Positions 8,928 through 18,301 of a stretch of 64,000 nt of DNA are shown here, piece by piece (position 1 is the stretch's first letter; the number at the start of each line of letters is the position of its first letter). The stretch is taken from IMG/VR virus record IMGVR_UViG_3300009093_000036, positions 64,001 through 128,000 of that record. One strand, written 5' to 3'. This DNA comes from a virus. Both the position numbers and the translations under genes were made by a program. A model generated the notes under the pieces. The model was given only the letters and a program-made list of their open reading frames with translations. It ran no database searches and was not told the origin of the DNA.

Positions 8928-9271
8928 GTTGGCTTCTTTCCTCCCCGGGGATCGGGGACCGGCGCCTTGCCGGCACTGACGCGAGTGGCGTCTGCTCTCT
9001 GCTTACGCAAAAGAGAGACGGCTGAGAGCACGCCGTCCATCTTCGCGCCGATGTCCAGCACCGAAGCGAGGATGAGACAACAGTCCGCACCCTCACCCGG
9101 CTTGGAGTCGATGTTGTAGGCCCGGCAGTCCGAAGCGCACATGCGCTCCTGGTTCATGAAGCAGGTCGTGCCGTCCGAGATCGGGAGCTCGTCCGGCTTG
9201 TGGAGATGCGGCGTGGGCTTGCCACGCAGTTCCTTTTCGAGCTGCTCCAGCTCTTGATCGCGGTCCATCAC
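8924..9271 (-). CDS. hypothetical Cys-containing protein
   Basis: CF...CASDCRAY...CC pattern; ATGA overlaps. Confidence 0.7.
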   Translation of the reverse strand: MMDRDQELEQLEKELRGKPTPHLHKPDELPISDGTTCFMNQERMCASDCRAYNIDSKPGEGADCCLILASVLDIGAKMDGVLSAVSLLRKQRADATRVSAGKAPVPDPRGGKKPT

Positions 9272-9546
9272 TCTGGCTCCAAGTCAGAGGTCGGAGGGCC
9301 CTTCCGCTGCCACGCCTCGTCATAGACGACGCGGATGACACCGTGGACCTCCTCGGTGTGAAATCCCATGAGGCCTCGCTCGTCCGGCTTCGTCTCGGGC
9401 ACGAGACGAGTGAGCGTCCCCAGCTTGGTGTCGAGCTTCGTGACGTAGCTCTGGAGCTTGCCATCGAGGTAGACCCGCACGCTGTCGGAGACGATGAACT
9501 TCATCTCCGACTTGGGGATTCCGTGGGACGTGGGCGGGAAGTCCAT
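9268..9546 (-). CDS. hypothetical protein
   Basis: 92 aa ORF. Confidence 0.65.
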   Translation of the reverse strand: MDFPPTSHGIPKSEMKFIVSDSVRVYLDGKLQSYVTKLDTKLGTLTRLVPETKPDERGLMGFHTEEVHGVIRVVYDEAWQRKGPPTSDLEPE

Positions 9547-9549
9547 GAG

Positions 9550-9747
9550 CTACTCCTTCCGGGCGTTCTTGTGGGGGCGCTTCGAGTAGAAGTCCGTGGT
9601 GAACTTCTGCATCGCTTCGAGGGCAGTCGTGTCCGCCGAGTTGGTGAACACGTACTTCTTGCCCGGCAAGGGCTCCTTGCCGAACTTGATCTCCGTGATC
9701 TCCTCGACCACGAAGCCGTTCTCGACTTCCTCGATGAGGAGCTTCAC
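9550..9747 (-). CDS. hypothetical protein
   Basis: GTG start overlapping the upstream TGA (MKLLIEEVENG...). Confidence 0.65.
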   Translation of the reverse strand: MKLLIEEVENGFVVEEITEIKFGKEPLPGKKYVFTNSADTTALEAMQKFTTDFYSKRPHKNARKE

Positions 9748-10775
9748 GTCGAGCTCCTGGTGGCGATCCTGAAGTCTCCTCCGAGATCGATGATGATCTT
9801 GTGCCCGAGCATCGTGGCGTCCTCCCCGTACACCTCCGTCCACGTCCGGAAGATGAACTCGGGCACGAGGATGCCGGCGATCTCCTGTCCCTCGGTCTTC
9901 TCGGCCTCGAAGAAGCGAGGCAGGAGACGGGGAGCGATGTAGAACTCCCACAGCCGGTTCATCGCCCTCTTCGCGACCGGCACCTTCGCGTTCTCACGCT
10001 TCAGCCAGTCCGGGTCGTACTCGCCGGTGTAGATGTTGAAGAGCTCGGCGTTCTCCGCCGTCATCTCGGGCGGGAACGGAACGGTCTCCTTGCCGGCGTT
10101 CAGCCCATCGACGTCGATGCCCATGTCTCTCGCCGTGTCCTGGGCCATGAGGATCGGGCCGGTGATGGGGGCGTCGAGCAGCTTCATGAGCTGCTTGAGG
10201 TCCTTGGGAGGGATGTCGGGGAGATCGAGCGCAGCCCCCGAGTCGCGGTTCTTCACCTGCTCCTGGATGTCGGAGCGAGGGTCGTCACCACCGAGGATCT
10301 CCAGCTTGTGGATCGCGTTGGTGTTGATGATGCCCATCGACTCGCCGGCGACGACTTCCGAGCCCGGAGGAGCATCGATCTTGCCGACGGGCTTCTCCTC
10401 CCCGATGTTGCCCTTCTTCGCTGCGTGCTCGGCAGCCGCCATGAAGGCCTTCTCGATGATGCCCTCGGTGGCGGCACGCATCACGGAGTCGATGCCCTCC
10501 TGGTCGCCCTTCTCGATGAGGCCGATGAAGACGAGCGCCTGCGCGATCGGGCCGGCGGCGTGCTTCGTCGTCACGAACAGGAGGAGGTTCAGCACCGCCT
10601 TCACGTCGAAGATCTTCTCGGTGGTGAGGATGCCCGTCGTCTCCGACAGAGTGCCCTCCCACTTGCAGTTCGGGCAGCGGACCTTCTTCTGATCCGCGCT
10701 CACGATGATGCTCGACTTGGACATCTCCAGGTCGGGGCAGCCACACTTCGAGCAGATGTAGACCTGCTGATCCAT
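9744..10775 (-). CDS. hypothetical protein with N-terminal zinc ribbon
   Basis: CSKC...CPNC; start MDQQVY. Confidence 0.7.
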   Translation of the reverse strand: MDQQVYICSKCGCPDLEMSKSSIIVSADQKKVRCPNCKWEGTLSETTGILTTEKIFDVKAVLNLLLFVTTKHAAGPIAQALVFIGLIEKGDQEGIDSVMRAATEGIIEKAFMAAAEHAAKKGNIGEEKPVGKIDAPPGSEVVAGESMGIINTNAIHKLEILGGDDPRSDIQEQVKNRDSGAALDLPDIPPKDLKQLMKLLDAPITGPILMAQDTARDMGIDVDGLNAGKETVPFPPEMTAENAELFNIYTGEYDPDWLKRENAKVPVAKRAMNRLWEFYIAPRLLPRFFEAEKTEGQEIAGILVPEFIFRTWTEVYGEDATMLGHKIIIDLGGDFRIATRSST

Positions 10776-11272
10776 CACACACCCCGCTTCTCGGCTTCGA
10801 GCCGTGCACGAAACGCCTTCCAGCGCGCATCGAGTTCTTCCTTCGTCGGGGCCGGCTGACCCAGACGCTGCCTTCGGCTGGCTTCGAGCAAGATGTCGGG
10901 GATCGAGTACTGGTACGTGGTGTCGAAGAAGCCGAGTCCGGCCATCTCCGCCGAAGAGATGTACATGTCCATCGCCACGGCGCTGTAGTACTCCTGGTCC
11001 TCCGCCGTCCACCCTGCATTGGTCGAGAGCTCCGGCGGAGAGTGCAGAGCCTCACCGAGAGCGAAGTGCTTGCCGTCGCTCGCCAAAACGAGAGGAACCA
11101 CCGGCACCGAGTCGGTGTTGGCGGCCTGCTTGTAGAGGTCGATGAGCTCGACGTCGTCGGCATCCTTGCCGTACTCCGCGAGCGTCGGCGACACGTAGTG
11201 GAGAGCAGCGCGCTTCTCACTGGTGGAGAGCTTCGCGAAGGCCTCGTGCGTGTAGAGCTGCTGGTTGTCCAT
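10775..11272 (-). CDS. hypothetical protein
   Basis: start MDNQQLY. Confidence 0.65.
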   Translation of the reverse strand: MDNQQLYTHEAFAKLSTSEKRAALHYVSPTLAEYGKDADDVELIDLYKQAANTDSVPVVPLVLASDGKHFALGEALHSPPELSTNAGWTAEDQEYYSAVAMDMYISSAEMAGLGFFDTTYQYSIPDILLEASRRQRLGQPAPTKEELDARWKAFRARLEAEKRGV

Positions 11273-11274
11273 GT

Positions 11275-11613
11275 TCACTGCCTCCCGTTGGTGCGCTCGA
11301 CGAGCTTGATGAACTCGTTCCACGCGATGAGACGGTCGTGAGACTCCGGCCCGCTGAAGGACTGGAACTGAGAGCCCCGCGCCTTCTTCGCCCGCACCTG
11401 GTACTTGCCGTTGAGCAAGACCACGATGCGGACCTGATCGGACTTCGAGACGGCCTTCGCCTGGAGTGCGAGCTTGTCGTACTCCTCCCAGTAGCCCGCG
11501 GGCCACTTGAACTCGAAGTCGATCGTCGGGATGAACTCCGGCTCGAAGGCCCTCTCGTAGAAGTCCTGGAAGCCGCCATCCATCCGGTCACCGTAGATGT
11601 TGATCTCGCGCAC
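11275..11613 (-). CDS. hypothetical protein
   Basis: 112 aa ORF. Confidence 0.65.
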   Translation of the reverse strand: MREINIYGDRMDGGFQDFYERAFEPEFIPTIDFEFKWPAGYWEEYDKLALQAKAVSKSDQVRIVVLLNGKYQVRAKKARGSQFQSFSGPESHDRLIAWNEFIKLVERTNGRQ

Positions 11614-11622
11614 GTTGTTTCC

Positions 11623-12042
11623 TCAGAGGCCCGGCATGCGGGGCTGGAGCTTGAACTTGTCGGGTGGCTTCGATGCTCCCTTACGGAGCAGGGCAGCCTT
11701 CTTCTTGTAGAGCTCGGTCTTGTTGATCCGCGCCTTGATCTTCGTGAAGCGAAGCAGGGCTTCCTTCTCGGCCTGCTGATCGAGGTTCTGGGCGTTGGCC
11801 AAGAACGGGAGGGTCTTGTCGGCGTACTCCTGGAACGCCTTGACGATGGGTTCGACCTGCGACTCCGACGTGATGCCTGCGTGAACGAGAGCTCGGGTCG
11901 AGAGAAGTTCCGCTTCCATCCGCCGAAGAGCGATGAGCATGAAGAGCGACTCCTGTGGGGAGTTCGGCGGGGGAAGGCCCGGGTACTTGTCGTACATGAC
12001 GTTCCCGAGAGCCCACCCCACAGAAGTCGCTAGCCATTTTTT
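11623..12042 (-). CDS. C-terminal extension (GT-like) reached by predicted -1 frameshift
   Basis: -1 frame is open across the A-AAA-AAT site and reads KKWLATSVGWALGNVMYDKYPGLPPP... Confidence 0.6.
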   Translation of the reverse strand, partial: KKWLATSVGWALGNVMYDKYPGLPPPNSPQESLFMLIALRRMEAELLSTRALVHAGITSESQVEPIVKAFQEYADKTLPFLANAQNLDQQAEKEALLRFTKIKARINKTELYKKKAALLRKGASKPPDKFKLQPRMPGL

Positions 12043-13034
12043 AGCGAGGTCGAGCTGAAGAGCTTGCGCACCCGCAGGTCGAACCAGTACGCGTGGGTGG
12101 AGAGCGAGTGGATGAACGGGCTCGGGTAGCCCATGAAGAGCTGCACCTTCTTGGTGAACACGTCCCACTTGAAGACGCGCATGCCCTTCTCGACACCGAT
12201 GTGCTTCGGCATCTCCTGGCCGTTGATGGAGTGCACCGCCGCGACGGTCTGCATGAAGCCGTAGCGCTCGCTGAGCACCGAGGAGTTCGCGAGCTTCTCG
12301 TCTTCGAGCTGCTGCTCCAGCAGCTTCTGACGGATCTCCTCGTTCTCCAGCGGCGAGATCGAGCGGAACACGACCTCCAGCGCACCCGGCTTGATCGGAA
12401 CGTGCTGCCTGAACTCACCGCTGGCGAGACCGTCGGCGAGGTTCATCTCCTTCACACGACTCTCGACCGCCTTGCGCTCCTCCTCGTTGTTGAGGACGTC
12501 GTTGCGCAGACGCTGCATCATCAGGTCGAAGTCGATGTCCGACGTCTCCGTGAGACGCTGAGCTTCGTCGTCCGAGAGCTTGGTGACGCTCTTCTTCGCT
12601 TCGGCGGGCTTCGCCTCCGCTGCGGCGGTGTCCTGCGGCACCGGCTGTTGCGGAGGAGGCGGCGCAGGCGGCTTCTGCTGAGCGGCCGTCTGCTGGTGGA
12701 GGGCGGACAACCCCGCGATGGTCTCGGGGCTGAGGGAGGGCTTGCGGTCGTTCTCGTCCATGTTCCTGATGTTCTCCTGGGCTACGGCGATGCTCGACAG
12801 CGTCATCGGCCCGTCCTTCTCCGGACGGTACTCCGCATGAGCCGCCGCGAGGTTCGGGATCGGCACCTTCTGCTCTTGGCCGAGGCCCTTGGCGCGCTCC
12901 GCGAGACCCTTCGTGTAGTCCCGCACGTGCGGGTTCGTGGGTCGCGGCGGAACGTTCGGGCGAGAGCCCACGGCAGCAGCTAGGCGGCCAACAGGACCGG
13001 GGCTGGGAGTTCCAGGCCTTCGCGGAGGTGTCAT
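12030..13034 (-). CDS. probable tail assembly chaperone (G-like)
   Basis: 334 aa; VFRSISPLE, VHSING, WFDLRVRKLF; slippery heptamer two codons before the stop. Confidence 0.55.
   Translation of the reverse strand: MTPPRRPGTPSPGPVGRLAAAVGSRPNVPPRPTNPHVRDYTKGLAERAKGLGQEQKVPIPNLAAAHAEYRPEKDGPMTLSSIAVAQENIRNMDENDRKPSLSPETIAGLSALHQQTAAQQKPPAPPPPQQPVPQDTAAAEAKPAEAKKSVTKLSDDEAQRLTETSDIDFDLMMQRLRNDVLNNEEERKAVESRVKEMNLADGLASGEFRQHVPIKPGALEVVFRSISPLENEEIRQKLLEQQLEDEKLANSSVLSERYGFMQTVAAVHSINGQEMPKHIGVEKGMRVFKWDVFTKKVQLFMGYPSPFIHSLSTHAYWFDLRVRKLFSSTSLKNG
12036..12042 (-). promoter_or_regulatory. -1 ribosomal frameshift slippery site A AAA AAT
   Basis: CTA AAA AAT GGC TAG; X-XXY-YYZ pattern; A6 run in GC-rich coding DNA. 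Confidence 0.65.
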
Positions 13035-13084
13035 GCGAAGGAGAATACAGAGAGCATACAGCCCGGTCAAGGGCCTTCGTCAGC

Positions 13085-13468
13085 TCACCGCAACATGATG
13101 CTCAGGCCACGAACGGCGCGCTCGATGTTGAAGTTCTGTGTGCCCAGCACGAAGCCGCTCTTCGCGAGGTCGGGCATGCTCCGACGCCAGAGCTGCCAGG
13201 AACCGCCGACGAAGCCAGCTTCCTCTTCCCACTCCGCGGTCTTGAGCGTGCAGTCCTTGAAGATCTGCGAGAGCCCCGTCCCCGTGATGATGCGGAGAGA
13301 GGCTTGCTGCTCGACACGGAGCTGCGGGATCGCGACGAGACGCTGACCTTCGTGCTCCTGCACGAGCCACGTCGTCGCCTTCGCGATCTGACCGTGCTCA
13401 GGGCTCAGTACGACCAGGGCTCCGGGGCCTTGGGCGGAGGAGTCGGGGGAGCCGTTGTCACCACGCAT
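13085..13468 (-). CDS. hypothetical protein
   Basis: start uncertain; overlaps the upstream gene. Confidence 0.55.
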   Translation of the reverse strand: MRGDNGSPDSSAQGPGALVVLSPEHGQIAKATTWLVQEHEGQRLVAIPQLRVEQQASLRIITGTGLSQIFKDCTLKTAEWEEEAGFVGGSWQLWRRSMPDLAKSGFVLGTQNFNIERAVRGLSIMLR

Positions 13469-13683
13469 CGATCGCTCTTTCCGCAACGACGGCAGATGCC
13501 GAAGTCACTCGAACCAGGGGGCGCCTCGATCTTCATGCCGAGGGCAAAAGAAGAGGAGGTCGGCCAGATGTAGCCGTTGCGAGCTCCGCAGAACTCGCAC
13601 GTGAGCTGCAAACGGTAGTAGCCCGGCGGAGGATCGCCGAGCTTCCAACCGACTGTGGGGGCGCCTTCCCTGGTTTCAGCCAT
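13405..13683 (-). CDS. hypothetical zinc-finger protein
   Basis: CEFC...CRRC. Confidence 0.6.
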   Translation of the reverse strand: MAETREGAPTVGWKLGDPPPGYYRLQLTCEFCGARNGYIWPTSSSFALGMKIEAPPGSSDFGICRRCGKSDRCVVTTAPPTPPPKAPEPWSY

Positions 13684-13692
13684 GCATGGAGG

Positions 13693-13881
13693 CTACCACA
13701 GCCGCGGGTTCAGCACCGCGCTGTGCCCGGTGATGGCCGAGAGCAGCCACAACACGAGGAAGACGACAGCGATCACGTAGATGACCTTCTTGATGTTGGC
13801 GTCGATCCACGGGAGCATCGAGATCGCCCACAGAAGGACACCGAAGCCGAGAAGAATCGCGATGAGGGTGAGGAGGGTCAT
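13693..13881 (-). CDS. small two-helix membrane protein (Thivi_2564-like)
   Basis: LLTLIAILLGFGVLLWAISMLPWIDANIKKVIYVIAVVFLVLWLL. Confidence 0.7.
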   Translation of the reverse strand: MTLLTLIAILLGFGVLLWAISMLPWIDANIKKVIYVIAVVFLVLWLLSAITGHSAVLNPRLW

Positions 13882-13968
13882 GCCTCCCGCAACGCACAGA
13901 GCGGGCCGGCGAATCACAGCGTTCCCGGGTCGCAGGCGTGACAGCCACGCCCCACCTGCGACCCACCG

Positions 13969-14265
13969 TCACGGAACGCCGAGGAACGACTTCAGGCCCG
14001 TCAGCGTCTCCTGCATCCGGGACGTGATGTCCCCGAGCACAGCGTTCCGCGTGTGTCCGCGGACCTTGATGTGGAGCTCGGGCTTGAAGTCGTAGTCGGG
14101 AAGCCGATTTCGGCCGAGAGCCATCGGGAGCTTCAACACCAAGTTCACGATGGCGTCATCCTCGAAGGTGACGACCTCGTACCGCAACTCCTGGTGTTGG
14201 AGCCGGCAGTGCTCGACGGCGGCATCGAGCATGTGCTTCAGCTTCTTGAGCTCCTCGTCATTCAT
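13969..14265 (-). CDS. hypothetical protein
   Basis: start MNDEEL, ATGA overlap. Confidence 0.65.
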   Translation of the reverse strand: MNDEELKKLKHMLDAAVEHCRLQHQELRYEVVTFEDDAIVNLVLKLPMALGRNRLPDYDFKPELHIKVRGHTRNAVLGDITSRMQETLTGLKSFLGVP

Positions 14266-14759
14266 GACTTCGTGGCCTCCACCATGAACTTGTCCAGCGA
14301 CTGTCGGAACACCCGAACGATGGTCTTCTTGTCCGCCGAAGACAAGAACTCGCTGCCGAAGTGCAGCTTGTTCAGTCGTCGGAGCTCCTTGACGGTGAGG
14401 GCGGGAGCCTCCTCGTGCAAGCGCATCGCCTCGTTCTTGGTGAGGGTCTTGTTGGCCTTCTTCACGGAGTCCCTTTCCAGCTCGTACAGACGCTCGTACT
14501 CCTTGTTGACCGCCTTCTCGCCGACCGCCAGCACCTCGCAGCCGAAAGACCGCCACCGGGCTTCGGTGGGAGCACTCTGAGAAACGGCGAGGAACTTCAC
14601 GAGGTGATCCATTCGCGACCGTGGCCCACCACCCATCTGGGCGCGCTCCAGCTTCCGTGAGTCCTCCTCGGTCGCCGGGAAGCACATGTCGTAGCGCATC
14701 ATGTCGATCACGGAACTGATGGTTCCGATCTTGATGAGGAGCTTGATGGGCTGCTTCAC
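14262..14759 (-). CDS. hypothetical protein
   Basis: GTG start; DMMRYDMCFP motif. Confidence 0.65.
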   Translation of the reverse strand: MKQPIKLLIKIGTISSVIDMMRYDMCFPATEEDSRKLERAQMGGGPRSRMDHLVKFLAVSQSAPTEARWRSFGCEVLAVGEKAVNKEYERLYELERDSVKKANKTLTKNEAMRLHEEAPALTVKELRRLNKLHFGSEFLSSADKKTIVRVFRQSLDKFMVEATKS

Positions 14760-14980
14760 GTCCGCCTCGGGAGCATCTCCATCAGCCAGCGATCGACGCC
14801 CTCGGGCAGGGCTTCTCCGTTGTCCAGCCGATCGGCGAGCGTACGGAGAGCCACCGCCCGCGTGTGAACGACCGCCTGCTCCTGGCTGTCTCCGTAGGCC
14901 ATGGCACCGGGAAGGGCATCCACCTCCCCGATCCAGCGCCCATCTTCCTCTTGCTCGATCTCGATCTTCAAGTTGCTCAT
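14756..14980 (-). CDS. hicB: HicB-family antitoxin (solo)
   Basis: IEIEQEEDGRWIGEVDALPGAMAYGDSQEQAV...G(E)ALP. Confidence 0.85.
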   Translation of the reverse strand: MSNLKIEIEQEEDGRWIGEVDALPGAMAYGDSQEQAVVHTRAVALRTLADRLDNGEALPEGVDRWLMEMLPRRT

Positions 14981-14982
14981 GT

Positions 14983-15228
14983 TCAATCCCTGTCTTCCAT
15001 CCGGCAGGTCCAGTCCTCGGTAGGCCGCCCCTGCTCATCCAGAACCTGCTCGACGTACCCACCATCCCGGACGCACTTCTGGCGTTCATGGTCGTCGTGG
15101 TAGCGGGCGTAGCCGATGAAGGCCATCGCCATGAGCAGGAACACGATGATGAGGTAGGCCTTCTCTTGGTCGTACTGCTCTTCGGTCACATCTACTCCGT
15201 CAACATCAAGTTGTTTGGGACGAGGCAC
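14983..15228 (-). CDS. hypothetical membrane protein
   Basis: central TM helix. Confidence 0.65.
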   Translation of the reverse strand: MPRPKQLDVDGVDVTEEQYDQEKAYLIIVFLLMAMAFIGYARYHDDHERQKCVRDGGYVEQVLDEQGRPTEDWTCRMEDRD

Positions 15229-15795
15229 CTACCCGCGGATCAACCGTCCGTTGATGGGGTCGGTCGTTGGGTTCTCCGAGCGGTACTCGGTTCGGATCTT
15301 CTGCATGAGCTCGGCGTGGTTGGCCTGAAGGACACTGAGCTCGGTGTCCATCCTTCTGAGCTCGGCGTTCTTCGAGACAGCCATGCCCTCGCCCTTGCGG
15401 ATCTTCTCGTTGCGCTCGACCAGCTTCTTGAGCTTCGGAAGATGCTTGAGGTAGACGTACGCCGATTTCCTGTACGTGCTGTCGTACTTCCCGCTCCCAC
15501 CGCTGGAGCTGTGGATCTCGAAGTCGGAGTAGCCGTGCCACCTCCCGAGCCGAGAGTTCCCCGGGAACTCGTAGTAGTGAGTCCCCGTCACCAGCTCCAG
15601 CCAGTCGATGTGCCGGTGCCGCTCCTTGCTGGAGATGTAGTCGGCATCGATGGTGAAGACCAAGCGATCGGTGTCCATCCAGACCTGGCTGACCTTCCAG
15701 TACCTGAACTTCTTGCCGCGGATCCTCTCGGCCTCCTTGCGAAGCATCGAGAGGAACTCGTCAGCCGTTGCTGCGCTCTTGAACGGGTTCTTCAT
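15229..15795 (-). CDS. hypothetical protein
   Basis: 188 aa ORF. Confidence 0.7.
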   Translation of the reverse strand: MKNPFKSAATADEFLSMLRKEAERIRGKKFRYWKVSQVWMDTDRLVFTIDADYISSKERHRHIDWLELVTGTHYYEFPGNSRLGRWHGYSDFEIHSSSGGSGKYDSTYRKSAYVYLKHLPKLKKLVERNEKIRKGEGMAVSKNAELRRMDTELSVLQANHAELMQKIRTEYRSENPTTDPINGRLIRG

Positions 15796-15889
15796 GTCGT
15801 GGTTCCTGGTCGAAGTGGTGGAAGGCGGCGGCGAGCATCAGGATGAAGCCCAGGGTCACCAGCCCGCCGAAGACGAGACGTGCGGTCAT
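15761..15889 (-). CDS. small membrane protein (42 aa, not in the ORF track)
   Basis: MTARLVFGGLVTLGFILMLAAAFHHF..., ATGA overlap. Confidence 0.55.
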   Translation of the reverse strand: MTARLVFGGLVTLGFILMLAAAFHHFDQEPRHEEPVQERSNG

Positions 15890-16323
15890 GATGTTCCTCT
15901 CGCACGAAGCGCCTCTTCAGCCTTGCTGGCACGCTCCTCCATCGCTTCGAGAGCATCGGCAGCCTGGGACCACGCCTGCGCCTCTCCGGCACTGATGTGG
16001 TCCAGGTCCGCCCTCTCCCGTAGATCGGCCACGCTGACGTAGCCGAAGCCATGTTGAGGCGTGGGGTGCTTCTTCGTCATCCGCGCATGGAACTCCCGCA
16101 ACTTCTTCAACTCCTTCAGAAGCTCGGGAACGTTGTTCCGCAGCGCCACGATGAGCTTGGCGTCCCGCTCGAAGCTGACATCGAACGAGTAGTGGTTGCT
16201 GGTGTAGACCCGCGTCCACGACTCAGTGCGGTGCCCGCTCTCGTGAATGTCGACGTGCTCCCAGGGCTCTTCCGTGGGCTGCTGCTCGAAGAGCTCTTCG
16301 AGCTCCTGAAGAGCATCAGCCAC
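15886..16323 (-). CDS. hypothetical protein
   Basis: 145 aa ORF. Confidence 0.65.
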   Translation of the reverse strand: MADALQELEELFEQQPTEEPWEHVDIHESGHRTESWTRVYTSNHYSFDVSFERDAKLIVALRNNVPELLKELKKLREFHARMTKKHPTPQHGFGYVSVADLRERADLDHISAGEAQAWSQAADALEAMEERASKAEEALRARGTS

Positions 16324-16624
16324 GGTAGTTCGCCTTCGTCAGGAGATTGAGGCGGTTGAAGATCCGTGGTGGGAGCGCCGCCTTGTCGAGGAAGGCGCGG
16401 AGCTTGGCCTTGCCGGCTTGCTCCGCCTCCTTGGTGAACGACCACACGTTGCCGCCAGGGGTCTGAACGATGGCGAGATACGTCCGGCCCTCGTCGTTGG
16501 TGGTGATCGACAGCGCCATCCCCAGCGGATGCAGGATCAGCTTGTTGATGGCGTAGACGATCCCGGTGTCGAGCAACTTCTTCTCGACCTGCTCCATCGT
16601 GAGCTCGATGACTTTCTCGGTCAT
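16316..16624 (-). CDS. hypothetical protein
   Basis: GIVYAINKLILHPLGMALS. Confidence 0.7.
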   Translation of the reverse strand: MTEKVIELTMEQVEKKLLDTGIVYAINKLILHPLGMALSITTNDEGRTYLAIVQTPGGNVWSFTKEAEQAGKAKLRAFLDKAALPPRIFNRLNLLTKANYRG

Positions 16625-17178
16625 GCTGTCTCCTTCTTCTTCACGGGCTCACGGTAGGACTTGTCGTGCCAAGGCGGGAACTCCAAGTTCTCACCCATCA
16701 GGTCGAGCATCTCCTTTTCGATGGCGTCCTTGCCACCGAGCGCCTTCACCAGATCGCCCATGCTCGGAGGGACGAGCTTGCCCTTGTCGAGCAGCTCGGC
16801 GACGCGATCGGCGAAGATGGTGAGGCTCTGGACGTTCAGCCCGAGCAAGCCGGTGTCGATGTACGGCATGAGGGCCTTGATGCCGACGTATGTGTGCTGC
16901 ATCGCGATCGCTTCCACGGTGCTGTTCATCCGCAGCTTGGCCCGCATCGTCTCCCGCATCAGAAGCATGCCGGCGAGAACGTACTGATTCATCTCCTCGC
17001 GCTGGTCGCGCAACATCTCCTCGAAGCGCAGCTTGGCGGTGCCATGGTCAGCGATCATTGAGACCTTCTCGCGCTCCAGCTCCCGGATGCGCTCGTGCAG
17101 CGTGTTCCGCTCTGCCTTCGTTGCCTTCTCCAGCTCCTCGATCTTGATTTCGAGCTTGCTCTTCCTCGGCATGTTCAT
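16621..17178 (-). CDS. hypothetical coiled-coil protein
   Basis: start MNMPRK. Confidence 0.7.
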   Translation of the reverse strand: MNMPRKSKLEIKIEELEKATKAERNTLHERIRELEREKVSMIADHGTAKLRFEEMLRDQREEMNQYVLAGMLLMRETMRAKLRMNSTVEAIAMQHTYVGIKALMPYIDTGLLGLNVQSLTIFADRVAELLDKGKLVPPSMGDLVKALGGKDAIEKEMLDLMGENLEFPPWHDKSYREPVKKKETA

Positions 17179-17372
17179 CCTACCTTCGGGGCGATGGAGC
17201 CATCGGCACGCATCCGGTCGAACACGGTGTCCGTATCGAAGTAGTCGGTGCTGTCCGCGTTCTTGTGGTTGGTGTGTTCGACTTCCTCGCCGCACCAGCG
17301 ACAGAGGCGGTCCTCGGGGCCGATGTGATCAGCCATCGTGGCACCGCCCTCGAACTCGTGAGGGATGGGCAT
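17175..17372 (-). CDS. hypothetical protein
   Basis: CRWC motif; coupled start. Confidence 0.55.
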   Translation of the reverse strand: MPIPHEFEGGATMADHIGPEDRLCRWCGEEVEHTNHKNADSTDYFDTDTVFDRMRADGSIAPKVG

Positions 17373-18301
17373 CAGCCTGCCGCCGTCGAAGGACCGCACT
17401 TCGGGCACTCGGGATCCGGCCCCGTCTCTTCGGTGCATCCGATGCACTCGGGAGGCGGCCGCTTGTTCCACGGCTTGAACGAGAGCAGCCAGTCGACGTT
17501 CGGGAACTTGCCCTCGAAGCAGAAGGCACGATCGTCGATCATCATGTTGGAGGCGGGCTTCTGGGTCGGGAACTCCAGAGCGTCGATGACGAACTGAGAG
17601 GCCGGTGCAAGCTCCTCCAGGTCGAGTCCGCCGACTTCCTTCTCGTAGAAGACGATGAGGTGCTTGAGCAACCACGCCTTCATCGCCTCGATGCCGCCGG
17701 CGTCCTTGCTTCGGCTGCTGTAGACGCAGACCTGGAAGCGATCGTCGTGCGCCATCTGGGCGAGCCACGCCATCGCTCCCGGAACCGGGTCATCCACGAT
17801 GATGTGGGCGCCGCCCATCCAGCCCGACGTGTAGGAGTGCAGGACCCCATCGAAGTCGCAGCAGATGATGCTGACGCGCTTGCTCGGCAGAAGCTTGCCG
17901 GTGTTGGGCTCGTCCACTGGCACCTTCAGCCATCGCTCCGGCACCGCCTTCGAGATCGTGGACTGGTCGGCGTAGAGCTCGGCGAGGACCTTGTCGAGGA
18001 GGTTCGAGGCGCACTCCTTCCGCTGCTCCTTCGACATCTCGTACATGAACGTGTGCAGGTTCACGTAGTACTTCAGGATGACGTCGACGGGGATGTCCCG
18101 GATGTGCGTGGAACGCACGGGGTGCTCTCGGTCGAAGTAGTTGTTGGTGACGGCGCGGTGCAGCATCTCTGCGTACACCTCACGCAGGAGCATGCCCTGC
18201 GCGACTTCTTTGTTCGTGGGACCCATGGTTGCGTTCCTGTACCAGTTGGCGAGGTTGTTGACCCAGTCGGGCCAGACGTTGCTGATTCCGTAGCCCATCA
18301 C
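17372..18301 (-). CDS. HAD-superfamily phosphatase (nucleotidase/PNKP-like) with N-terminal extension
   Basis: IICCDFDGVLHSY (motif I), YSSR (II), K...MIDDRA (III/IV). Confidence 0.85.
   Translation of the reverse strand: MMGYGISNVWPDWVNNLANWYRNATMGPTNKEVAQGMLLREVYAEMLHRAVTNNYFDREHPVRSTHIRDIPVDVILKYYVNLHTFMYEMSKEQRKECASNLLDKVLAELYADQSTISKAVPERWLKVPVDEPNTGKLLPSKRVSIICCDFDGVLHSYTSGWMGGAHIIVDDPVPGAMAWLAQMAHDDRFQVCVYSSRSKDAGGIEAMKAWLLKHLIVFYEKEVGGLDLEELAPASQFVIDALEFPTQKPASNMMIDDRAFCFEGKFPNVDWLLSFKPWNKRPPPECIGCTEETGPDPECPKCGPSTAAG

Noticed and set aside
12000-12035. Stimulatory hairpin or pseudoknot 3' of the slippery site
   Set aside because: I could not find a convincing stem by eye, so none is claimed.
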